Below are positions 31,316 to 39,750 of a DNA stretch of 45,308 nt, one piece after another. The DNA lies in the NCBI GenBank assembly GCA_045535385.1, contig JAZSLN010000018.1, positions 1-45,308 of the forward strand. Direction: 5' to 3'. The notes beneath the pieces were generated by a model that worked only from the letters and a program-made list of their open reading frames with translations, was not told where the DNA came from and made no database searches. The first letter of the stretch is position 1, and the number at the start of each line of letters is the position of its first letter. Position numbers and translations under genes: made by a program. The DNA is from Eubacteriales bacterium (GTDB lineage Bacteria > Bacillota > Clostridia > Oscillospirales > CAG-382).

Positions 31316-31344
31316 AAAAAGTTGCCTCCGTTAACGAAGGCAAC
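31316..31344 (-). terminator. Intrinsic terminator after the MFS gene
   Basis: gttgcct.cg/cg.aggcaac stem followed by TTTTT on the minus strand. Confidence 0.7.
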
Positions 31345-31362
31345 CTGTTTCTGTTATTTTTA

Positions 31363-32730
31363 TTATTTTTTGTCCTTTGCGCGGCGAACGAAGACACAGC
31401 TGATAATAAGTGCAACAACGTAAAGAGCCGCGGTAACGTAAAGAACCGCCTGATAACCGGTAGGATTGATAGCAACCTGACCGTCGAGAAGGTTGTTGGG
31501 GTCAACTACGACCTTAATTCCCTCTTCTACCCATTTCGCTTTATCGACGTATTCACCGAATTTGTTTACGATCCAGTTTGCAAGGTTATTTCCGGTAAGG
31601 CCTGCAAAAGCCCATGCCGAAAGGGTTATGCCGTGGATCGCGCTGATGTTGGACATACCGTAATGGTCGGAAAGAAGCGTGGGAACGTTCGAAAATCCGC
31701 CGCCGTAGCCCGCGTTTACCATCATAATAAGAATTACAACAAGCGCGGTAAGGACGAAATTGCCCGAGCCGTTAACGATACCCTTGGTAAATACAACCGC
31801 GAGAGTCGCAACGATGGAAATGGCAAAAATAACCTTATAAATAGTGTTTCTGTCCTTGCATTTATCGCCTGCGGCAGAGAAGCCGAGACGTCCGCCCGCA
31901 TTGAATACGGCAGAGATTACAGGGAAAATAACAACGGAAAGACCGAGACATTTAAGAATGGATTTTTCCTGCGAAATAAGCATAAGACCGCAGGTTATGT
32001 TAAGATAGAACAACAGCCAAATGCCAACGTAGTTGAGAATAGGTCTGGTTTTGATGACCGACATAATGCTCTTCTTTTCGCTCGCATCGGTAGGCTCGTG
32101 CCAATCGTCGGGCTTTTTGAGAAGAAGGTGGCCGATAAACATCATCACGAAGTAAACCACGGCAAGGATGAGGAACATCTTAAAGATACCGCCTTCGCCG
32201 AGGTTGCCGAGCATCCACTCCATAATAGGGGTTGCGATAGCCTTTGCGGCGCCGAAGCCGGCAACGGCAAGACCTGTCGCAAGACCTTTATTGTCCTTAA
32301 ACCAAAGCATCAATGTCTTAACGGGAGAAAGATAGCCCGTACCCAAACCAATGCCCATAATAAGACCGTAGCAAACGTAAATACCGATAAGCGAAACCCA
32401 GCTTCCTTGATGATTGCCACCGTACCAGATAAAGAAACCGGTTCCCGCCATACCGACGGCAAAGCAAATCGATGCAATAAGCGAGGATTTATGGATATCC
32501 TTTTCTACGATATTTCCCAAAAATGCCGCAGACATACCGAGGAAGAAGATCGCGAAGCTGAAAGCCCATTCGGTAGAGGTCTTTGAGAAACCTATATATT
32601 CGCCTATTTTTTCACTGAAGGTAGACCAGCAGTAAACAGTACCGATACTGCAATGGAGCAATAAAGCAGGGATAGCCGCGCGGATCCATTTGTTGGTGCG
32701 TCAACCGCCCTTTTTGACATCTGTACTCAT
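31363..32730 (-). CDS. OFA-family (oxalate:formate antiporter-like) MFS transporter; in-frame TGA at codon 10, possible pseudogene
   Basis: WIRAAIPALLLHCSIG, YLSPVKTLMLWF...GLATGLA..GFG, FNAGGRL, YGGGFS..P motifs. RBS AAAGGA + ATG at 32730 is in frame with the ORF, but TGA occupies 32703-32701. Confidence 0.85.
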
Positions 32731-32910
32731 ATCAAAATAATTCCTTTCGTTTTTTAACCAATATATATTACTACAATAAACTCGAAAAATCAAGAATTTT
32801 TTCATTTTTTGTCAATATTCGGCACACCGTTACCGATAAGCGGAAAACGGACTCTTTTTTCGTCTATTTTCGGAAATATGATCATATACATCAACAACGG
32901 AGTTGATAGT

Positions 32911-33204
32911 ATGTATAATGAAGAAATAGAATCCCGCGCCGTCGAAATCGCCGAATACGTCATTGCAACGGGTGCGACGGTACGGTCGGCGGCGGAAAGA
33001 TTCGGGATAAGCAAATCAACGGTACATAAAGACCTCACCGAGCGTCTGAAAAAAATCTCGCCGAAGCTGCACGGTGAAGTCTCGATCGTTTTGGCAAAAA
33101 ACCGCGCAGAAAGACATATAAGAGGCGGAATCGCGACGAAAAACAAATACCTGAAAGTCGCAAGCACACGAAACCTGTCGAAAGAAAAAGTTGACAAGAG
33201 ATGA
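32911..33204 (+). CDS. spoIIID: Sporulation transcription regulator SpoIIID
   Basis: ATVRSAAERFGISKSTVHKDLTERL...NRAERHIRGGIATKNKY; ATG 32911 with GGAG RBS. Confidence 0.96.
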   Translation: MYNEEIESRAVEIAEYVIATGATVRSAAERFGISKSTVHKDLTERLKKISPKLHGEVSIVLAKNRAERHIRGGIATKNKYLKVASTRNLSKEKVDKR

Positions 33205-33219
33205 AGTATGTTGTAAAAT
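33191..33219 (+). promoter_or_regulatory. Sigma-A promoter of rbsK, overlapping the spoIIID stop
   Basis: TTGACA (33191), 17 nt, TAAAAT (33214). Confidence 0.7.
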
Positions 33220-33259
33220 AATAAGGTAATTGATAAGAATTTATCGGAGGATAAAACCG

Positions 33260-34180
33260 ATGGCAAAAAGGATACTTGTCGCAGGAAGCTCCAACATCGA
33301 CTTTCTGCTTTCCACACCGTATATTCCCGCTCCCGGAGAAACCATGATCTCGGGCGGTTCTTATGCGTTCACTCCCGGAGGAAAGGGTGCCAACGCCGCC
33401 GTTGCCGCCAAATCGCTCGGCTGCGATGTTGTTTTCTGTTCGCGCGTAGGCGACGATGCTTACGGAGAACGGCTTGTTGCCCTTTTCAACGAACGCGGAA
33501 TCGATACGCGCTTTATAAAAACCGACCGTCTTGAGCAAACAGGACTTGCCGTTGTTATGCTTGAAAAGGACGGTGCGAACCGTATCATCGTTTACAGCGG
33601 CGCGAACAAAAAGATCAGCGACGTTGATGTGGAATCGGCATTTTCCTGCTATCCCGACGCGGTACTTACCCAATTTGAGATCCGCGACGAAGCGGTTATA
33701 TCCGCCGCACGAAACGCCGCCGAGGACTCTATTCCCCTCTTCGTCGACGCGGGCTCGGTCAAGAAGGATTTTCCTCTCGAACAGCTTGAACGAGTCGAGG
33801 TCTTCTCCCCCAACGAGGTAGAAACCGAAATACTTACGGGTATCCGCCCCAACACGCTCGATAACTGTCTCCGCGCTTCTATCGCGCTTTGCAACCGCGT
33901 TGATATTAAATACGTTGTTCTGAAGCTCGGAAGCAGAGGATGTTACGTTTACGACGGCAAATATTGCGACCTTATTTCGCCGTACGAGGTCAACGTAGTC
34001 GATACGACTGCGGCAGGCGACGTTTTCACCGCCGCGCTCGCATCCGAATATCTCCGCACAGGCGATATTCTCTCCTCCGCAAAATTCGCTAATGCGGCGG
34101 GCGCGCTTACTACTTCAAAGACCGGAGCGATAGCCTCGGTGCCCACTCTCGACGAGGTCAGAGCTTTGATGTCCAAATAA
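33260..34180 (+). CDS. rbsK: Ribokinase (PfkB family)
   Basis: GSSNID, PGET, GGKGAN.AVA, PNEVE, DTTAAGDVF; ATG 33260 with GGAGG RBS. Substrate assumed from similarity. Confidence 0.88.
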   Translation: MAKRILVAGSSNIDFLLSTPYIPAPGETMISGGSYAFTPGGKGANAAVAAKSLGCDVVFCSRVGDDAYGERLVALFNERGIDTRFIKTDRLEQTGLAVVMLEKDGANRIIVYSGANKKISDVDVESAFSCYPDAVLTQFEIRDEAVISAARNAAEDSIPLFVDAGSVKKDFPLEQLERVEVFSPNEVETEILTGIRPNTLDNCLRASIALCNRVDIKYVVLKLGSRGCYVYDGKYCDLISPYEVNVVDTTAAGDVFTAALASEYLRTGDILSSAKFANAAGALTTSKTGAIASVPTLDEVRALMSK

Positions 34181-34211
34181 TTGACGTAAAACGATGAAAG
34201 GAGGCTCAACA

Positions 34212-34763
34212 ATGCCAAAAGATAATACCGAAAACAAAAAAATATACATTGTGTTGAGCTCTACCCCCTCCATCGTCGCCCGTCTTATACGTATTTTTAC
34301 CCGTGAAAAATACAGCCACGCGTCGCTGAGCCTTACCGAAGACCTTAACTGGATGTATTCTTTCGGACGGATCTATCCCTATTACCCCTTTTACGGCGGG
34401 TTTGTGCGTGAATCGCCGAATATTTCGACCTTCAAACGTTTTCCGAAATCCCAGATCGCCGTTCTTGAGGTTTACGTAAGCCCCGAACAGCTCGAGGGTA
34501 TCCGCGAAGGTATCGAAAAAATGCTCCTCGAGCAGAAAAAATACCGGTATAACTATATGGGACTTTTCAAAGCCGGTGTGAATATGAAGCACGACCGCAA
34601 GGAATACAGATATTATTGTTCGGAATTTATAAGCGATCTTTTGGTGCGCCAGCAGGTTATCAAACGCGAGCAGCTCCCCGAAATAATCCACCCTATGGAT
34701 TTTCTCGGCCTTGATTACAACGTCGTATATTGCGGAAGGCTTTGCGAATACGTCGGAGGATAG
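34212..34763 (+). CDS. Permuted papain-like (NlpC/P60, YiiX/YebB-like) protein
   Basis: His before Cys: YSHASLS ... YRYN ... YYCSEF; AAAGGAGG RBS. Confidence 0.7.
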   Translation: MPKDNTENKKIYIVLSSTPSIVARLIRIFTREKYSHASLSLTEDLNWMYSFGRIYPYYPFYGGFVRESPNISTFKRFPKSQIAVLEVYVSPEQLEGIREGIEKMLLEQKKYRYNYMGLFKAGVNMKHDRKEYRYYCSEFISDLLVRQQVIKREQLPEIIHPMDFLGLDYNVVYCGRLCEYVGG

Positions 34764-34765
34764 TT

Positions 34766-35338
34766 ATGAAATCTCTTGTAAATAAACTTAGTTCCATGGG
34801 TTGGCGGATCAGCGTTGCCGAATCCTGCACCGGCGGTACGGTATCTAAAATGATAACCGATATACCCGGCGCGAGCTCGGTTTTCGATATGGCTGTTACG
34901 ACCTATTCGAACGAAGCGAAAATAAAATTACTCGGCGTAAGCCCCGAAACGCTCGCTCAATACGGTGCCGTTTCCGAACAGACCGCGCGCGAGATGGCAA
35001 CGGGTGTCAAGGCACTTTCGAACGCGAATATTGCCGTTTCGGTTACCGGAATCGCAGGTCCGTCAAGCGACGGAAGCGAAAAACCGGTCGGAATGGTCTG
35101 TATAGGCATCGCAACCGAAGAGCGTTGCTTCTCCTCGACCTTTCTTTTTACCGGAAGCCGCGCCGAAATACGCAGACTTTCGGCAAAAATGGCGCTGAGA
35201 ATGGCACTTGAGGAAATAGGCGGGGTCGAAAAAAGGGAAAAACTCAAGCTTTTCCGCCGCCCGAAGAAAGAAAACGGCGCAAATAAAACGAACGAAATGA
35301 AAAAAGTGAAAAAAACACTTGACTTTCGGAAAAAATGA
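34766..35338 (+). CDS. pncC: CinA C-terminal domain protein / NMN amidohydrolase PncC
   Basis: VAESCTGG, PGASS, YSNEAK..LLGV, GAVSE.TA.EMA, SVTGIAGP, KPVG; ATG 34766 after GGAGG. Confidence 0.88.
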   Translation: MKSLVNKLSSMGWRISVAESCTGGTVSKMITDIPGASSVFDMAVTTYSNEAKIKLLGVSPETLAQYGAVSEQTAREMATGVKALSNANIAVSVTGIAGPSSDGSEKPVGMVCIGIATEERCFSSTFLFTGSRAEIRRLSAKMALRMALEEIGGVEKREKLKLFRRPKKENGANKTNEMKKVKKTLDFRKK

Positions 35339-35347
35339 TGATAGAAT
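35319..35347 (+). promoter_or_regulatory. Sigma-A promoter of tRNA-Gln
   Basis: TTGACT, 17 nt, TG-extended TAGAAT. Confidence 0.7.
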
Positions 35348-35379
35348 AATCTGCGCGCGAGATAAGCGCAGATTAATAT

Positions 35380-35454
35380 AGCGGGATTGTGTAACGGTTA
35401 GCACGACAGACTCTGACTCTGTTTGTTGGGGTTCGAATCCCTATCCCGCTGCCA
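35380..35454 (+). tRNA. tRNA-Gln (anticodon CTG)
   Basis: Cloverleaf: AGCGGGA/TCCCGCT acceptor stem, GTGT/GCAC D-arm, ACAGA-CT-CTG-AC-TCTGT anticodon arm, GGTTCGAATCC T-arm, encoded CCA. Confidence 0.97.
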
Positions 35455-35491
35455 GAAAACGACAAGTTTCGACAGAAACTTTTCGTTATCA

Positions 35492-35683
35492 GTTATATTC
35501 GCCTTACGGCGAGTTATATGCACCTTCGGTGCGTGATATTTGCTTCGCAAGTGATATGCCTGCGGGCGTGAGTGGCGAATATAATATCACGCTTTTGCAG
35601 TATCTCGCCTATGGCGAGGTATGCAAAGCATATCACATTTTGCGCAAGCAAAATATATCACTCCGTCGTAGACGGAATATCAC
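35492..35683. repeat. Palindromic heptamer-plus-hairpin array (4x GTKATAT then 4x ATATCAC)
   Basis: GTTATAT at 35492 and 35513, GTGATAT at 35533 and 35551, ATATCAC at 35584, 35630, 35655 and 35677, each neighbouring pair within an arm separated by exactly one hairpin. Confidence 0.9.
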
Positions 35684-35759
35684 TAAAAACTAACGATTAC
35701 GTAAGAGTTCGAATTCATACGCAAAAACAGCAAAAATATCTTTTTTGTAGCCCATAGCC

Positions 35760-35796
35760 AAAACAAAAGCCATCCTATCGGATGGTTTTTTGTTTT
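35760..35796 (+). terminator. Long A/T-flanked hairpin, probable bidirectional terminator
   Basis: aaaacaaaagccatcc-tatc-ggatggttttttgtttt. Confidence 0.7.
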
Positions 35797-35929
35797 GTTT
35801 GTACGTTATGAAAGGGATTCGAACGGGTCGGTAGCGAATGATGTGCCGGGGGGGCACATCAGAGCCGACCCTGACGCGGGGTCCCCGCAAAACAAGTTTT
35901 GTGGGGTTTTACCAGCCCGCAGGCGAGAA

Positions 35930-35949
35930 CGAATCCCTATCCCGCTGCC
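35930..35949 (+). repeat. 20-bp direct repeat of the tRNA-Gln 3' end (att-like)
   Basis: cgaatccctatcccgctgcc, identical to 35434-35453. Confidence 0.92.
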
Positions 35950-35993
35950 GTAAAAGCAACTCTCTTATTTTTTCGCAATCACAAAAATAACCC

Positions 35994-36022
35994 TTGACAA
36001 ATACATTTTTGTGTGCTATTCT
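35994..36022 (+). promoter_or_regulatory. Putative sigma-A promoter
   Basis: TTGACA, 17 nt, TG-extended TATTCT upstream of 36067. Confidence 0.6.
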
Positions 36023-36066
36023 ATCGTCTTAAATCTCAGGTTAGATTTTAGAAAGAAGGATCTTAT

Positions 36067-37770
36067 ATGAAAAAAGTTTTAAGTCTTGTTCTTATTCTTA
36101 CGATGCTGTTATCCGCTGTGCCCTTTTCCGCATCGGCATTCACGTTTGACAACACCGCCGAATACGTATATATCGGCAACACAAAGCTGGTCGACGGTCA
36201 ATATTTGGCGCAGGGCTCGACAACGCCCGTTACTTCGCGCCCGTCGGGAGGATATGCGCATTTTTCCGACGGAACGCTTTATCTTGACAACTTCACCTTT
36301 AACGGGGTCGGATATGAATTCGGCGAGTCGGGCGGATTCGAACACGAAGGAATCACCTACCTCGATATCAAAACCGCTTCCATTTACAGCCCCGGAGACA
36401 TATGTATAAGCGTTTCGGGCAAAAATTCCATAAAAAACACCTACAAAAAACCTTCAAGTACCGATACGGTTATTTATCTCGATTTTATCGTTGACATATT
36501 TGTCGAGGGATATGTAAGCATTTACGGCGATGACGGAGCGCTTCATCTTAACAGCGATAACGGTTTGGTCTGCAGACCCGACCCCTCGGATTATTCTACC
36601 GACGACAACTCATATACGATAGCCTGCTCGGAATTTATTGCAAAAAACACCAACAATTCCATCGACGTAAGCGCTTACAGCCTAAAAACCGAACTCAACA
36701 TAAACTGCAAAAAGTTTTTTGTTGCGGCATACGACGGAATACGTATTGAACACGGAGATATAGAAGCCGGGTACCCTTCCGCGCCCACTTTGAATTTCAA
36801 CGGCGGAGATGCCACGGTATACGGTGTCAATGCCATAATGCTCAGCGACGTATATGATGTCGTGGGTGAAGAGTGTGTCGTGAATGCGACCGATACAAAA
36901 TTACGCATCTATTCCGGCCACCTCGGCATATCTGCCGGAACTTTCAAGATTCACAGCGGCGAGGTTTTTGTCGACGCGAAAACCTATTCACTCTCAGGAC
37001 TTCTTTGGCTTGACGACAGTATGGAGGTTACCGAAGGCTCTCCCTTTGAAAATCAATTCGCCGTCGCTCCCAAAAACCGTATTACCGCCGATTGCGATAT
37101 CAACTCCGATGGAAACGTGAATCTTTTCGACTATACTACCCTTAAATCGATCTGCGTGAAAAACGCGTCCGCTGCGGAAAGCGTTATGAAAAAATCCGAC
37201 GTCAACGGCGATGGAAAAACCAATATGTTTGACTATATGCTCGTGAAATCGCGCTATTTCAATCCTCCCATGGATGTTTCGTCGCTTGAGGGAATATCCT
37301 TCGATCTTTTGGCTGAATATATCACCGAGACGGGTTTTTATTCCTCCTCCGACAAGACCTATTCCATCAAGGCTACCGATGCCGTTTCGGGAACTCCTCC
37401 CTTCACTTATGCACTCAAAACCGATACAAACCGCTCGAAGATCATAGTTTCCGCCTCCACAAAAAATTCAAACGGTGATACCGTATCCGCCGAGCTGACT
37501 ATGACAAGAGAAAATATGGTCGGCACCGTCAAAACCACCGTTACGGGAAGCGAAAACCTGAGCGCGACATCGTCGTTGATCATAAACGAATGCTGTGTAA
37601 CCGAATTGGACCTGGTCGGCTTCGCTTGCTCCGACACGGGAAGCTATACGTCAGAAAGCTTCGAAGCCGAAACCGAGGCTCTTATTCGCAACGCATTGTT
37701 GCGTATTGATGAAAATTGGCCTCATGAAATCTACGTCGCCTTGTCAGACCTCGGTTTCCTGCATTTTTAA
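36067..37770 (+). CDS. Secreted protein with beta-rich N-terminal region and internal dockerin
   Basis: Signal peptide ending ASA; GTLYLDNF adhesin-like segment; CDINSDGNVNLFDY and SDVNGDGKTNMFDY duplicated loops. Confidence 0.8.
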   Translation: MKKVLSLVLILTMLLSAVPFSASAFTFDNTAEYVYIGNTKLVDGQYLAQGSTTPVTSRPSGGYAHFSDGTLYLDNFTFNGVGYEFGESGGFEHEGITYLDIKTASIYSPGDICISVSGKNSIKNTYKKPSSTDTVIYLDFIVDIFVEGYVSIYGDDGALHLNSDNGLVCRPDPSDYSTDDNSYTIACSEFIAKNTNNSIDVSAYSLKTELNINCKKFFVAAYDGIRIEHGDIEAGYPSAPTLNFNGGDATVYGVNAIMLSDVYDVVGEECVVNATDTKLRIYSGHLGISAGTFKIHSGEVFVDAKTYSLSGLLWLDDSMEVTEGSPFENQFAVAPKNRITADCDINSDGNVNLFDYTTLKSICVKNASAAESVMKKSDVNGDGKTNMFDYMLVKSRYFNPPMDVSSLEGISFDLLAEYITETGFYSSSDKTYSIKATDAVSGTPPFTYALKTDTNRSKIIVSASTKNSNGDTVSAELTMTRENMVGTVKTTVTGSENLSATSSLIINECCVTELDLVGFACSDTGSYTSESFEAETEALIRNALLRIDENWPHEIYVALSDLGFLHF

Positions 37771-37775
37771 TAGAC

Positions 37776-37810
37776 AAAGAGCGTCGCTTTTGCGCGACGC
37801 TCTTATTTTT
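37776..37810. terminator. Hairpin between convergent genes
   Basis: aagagcgtcgc-tttt-gcgcgacgctctt followed by attttttt. Confidence 0.7.
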
Positions 37811-38568
37811 TATCCTACCGCGAAATCGCTTTCTTCAACATTTTCGTTAGGGTTCTCGCTCGGTTTAGACTCGGATATCGGCTCGGATTTATCTATAATT
37901 TCCGCCTCGACAACCTCTCCGCAAGACGAGCATTTAACCGTTACTTCCCCTTCGAGAATAGTTTCGGCGACAAACTTATGGTCGATTTTGTCCAATGGCT
38001 CGCTCTTGGCGGCACCGCAAGCGATACAGCGCGAATCCACGCGACCCTTTTCGGTACACGTCGGCGCAACCGTTTCGACAGGCTTCCATTGATGGTTGCA
38101 TTGTTGAGGCATAACACCCATCATTACGGCAAATATAACCGTTATTATAAAATAAACGCACACCATACCGACGATACTCAGACCGATATTATGTTTCTTG
38201 AACAACGGCAAACGGTTTCTGAAAGAAAAGTTCGATAAAAATATATACGGTGCAACCATATACATCATTATTAATATACCGGTTATGCTCATTTCGGGGT
38301 CGTTCACATCGAACATGACAACAACGGGAACCAACATAAGTGCAACAAAGAACAAATATGCCGAAGATAGTATCATTTTCCATACTTTTCTCGAACGGAA
38401 ACCCAATAATTTCCCTTTTCGGGGCAACTTTTTGCCGCAATTCGAGCAAAAATCGCAATCGTCTCCGAGGTTTTCCGTACCGCACGAGCCACATACTATC
38501 CCGCGCTTTGTTCCGCAATTCGGACAGAAGTTGCCCTCAAACTCTCTTTCGCATTTTCTGCATTTCAT
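37810..38568 (-). CDS. Double-zinc-ribbon membrane protein
   Basis: Four CxxC pairs at the N-terminus, three hydrophobic helices, C-terminal CxH...PTCT..G...CxxCG module; AAGGAGAAGG RBS. Confidence 0.75.
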   Translation of the reverse strand: MKCRKCEREFEGNFCPNCGTKRGIVCGSCGTENLGDDCDFCSNCGKKLPRKGKLLGFRSRKVWKMILSSAYLFFVALMLVPVVVMFDVNDPEMSITGILIMMYMVAPYIFLSNFSFRNRLPLFKKHNIGLSIVGMVCVYFIITVIFAVMMGVMPQQCNHQWKPVETVAPTCTEKGRVDSRCIACGAAKSEPLDKIDHKFVAETILEGEVTVKCSSCGEVVEAEIIDKSEPISESKPSENPNENVEESDFAVG

Positions 38569-38598
38569 AACCTTCTCCTTAGGAGCAAATCTCCGCCT

Positions 38599-39399
38599 TT
38601 AAGCAATAAGCCACTTATACTTTTCGACGCTGTAAAGCGGAATGAACGGAACCATTATCGGAACGCTCTTTACATATTTTTGATATTCGGGGTCGTTGCC
38701 GTAATTTTTGTTCTGGCGGAGCTCGAGACGGCGCGCGCCGCTAAACATAACAAAGATTATTCCGATATAACCGACAGCTACGACAGCCCACTGCCAACCC
38801 GAAACGGCACCGATCGCAGACACAACGACACCCGTCCAGAAAATCATCTCGCCGAGATAGTTGGGACAGCGCACAAGGCGGTAGAGTCCTGTATCGACAA
38901 AACGGCGCGGATTGATCTTTTTGGCGTTGTTTTTCTGAATATCCGCGATCGTTTCGAGAATAAGACCGAGCGCCATAATGCCTGCACCGACGTAAACGAA
39001 AACGTTGTCGTTGCTCGCATTTTCAAGTCGATAGAAAACACCGGATACCTGAGTTACGTAGAGCAAAGCGCAGGTAACCCAAATGGCGATTTTGACACCG
39101 AAGGGAACGGTTTTTCCGTCCTTGATCTCGCCCTTCATATTCTTTTTATAGGAACTGCTTCCCAATTCGCGTATCGCAAGATAACCGCCGAGCCGCAAGC
39201 CGTATATTATAAATAACACACAGCAAATAATCGTGCCGATATGCAGCTGTTTGCCGTAAAGACACAGCATTAAAACACCCTCGCCGGCGATAGAGAAACC
39301 GTATCCGAGCGAGATAAACCATACATAATTCTTGAATCCGATAGCGCTTATAACCATAGCCGCTATAAAAAGCCACAAAAGCTCGATGGGAAAAACCAT
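38599..39399 (-). CDS. DUF1295 family (steroid 5-alpha reductase-like) membrane protein
   Basis: YGLRLG.YL, ETIADIQK, TGLYRLVRCPNYLGEMIFW, YQKYVK; start placed at ATG 39399 (AAAGGA RBS). Confidence 0.87.
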   Translation of the reverse strand: MVFPIELLWLFIAAMVISAIGFKNYVWFISLGYGFSIAGEGVLMLCLYGKQLHIGTIICCVLFIIYGLRLGGYLAIRELGSSSYKKNMKGEIKDGKTVPFGVKIAIWVTCALLYVTQVSGVFYRLENASNDNVFVYVGAGIMALGLILETIADIQKNNAKKINPRRFVDTGLYRLVRCPNYLGEMIFWTGVVVSAIGAVSGWQWAVVAVGYIGIIFVMFSGARRLELRQNKNYGNDPEYQKYVKSVPIMVPFIPLYSVEKYKWLIA

Positions 39400-39750
39400 A
39401 ATATTATCCTTTTCTCTTTTGAAAATTTTTCTGAAGATTTCAATATTGGAGTATATCACTCGTCGCAACATTTTGCAATATACGAAAACGAATTTCAACC
39501 GAATTATACCCCGTTGCGTTACAAATAGCTTTTTCTGCCTCAATACAAAAACTCCACGTGCGGAATCAAGTTGATCAATGAATGATGGGTCAGGAAAATG
39601 TATAACCGCTTGCAGAATATAAACTTAAGGTTTGTTTTCTCAATTTGGTTGAGCCGTTCAACCGAATTTATCAATTCCGGTTATTGAATATAGGAAACAT
39701 AATGCTATAATTAAAGCGTAGCTACAATAACAAGGAAAGGAACTATATAT

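Noticed and set aside
32701-32703. Genome-wide TGA recoding or selenocysteine
   Set aside because: TGA ends several genes at expected positions (VTC, DUF4956, metallophosphoesterase, yraN, thrC), and the site is in a non-catalytic N-terminal tail of a transporter.
35492-35683. CRISPR array interpretation of the heptamer repeats
   Set aside because: Repeats are only 7 bp, the spacers are self-complementary and mostly 10-18 bp, orientation flips midway, and no cas genes are present.
35572-35890. Short ORFs 35572-35757 (+) and 35690-35890 (-) inside the tRNA-linked insert
   Set aside because: No RBS or recognisable domain; they run through palindromic DNA and a terminator.
39400-39750. Signalling-peptide gene for the XRE-TPR regulators
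   Set aside because: No short ORF with an RBS and signal-peptide character was found here or in 41862-42142 and 43861-44018.
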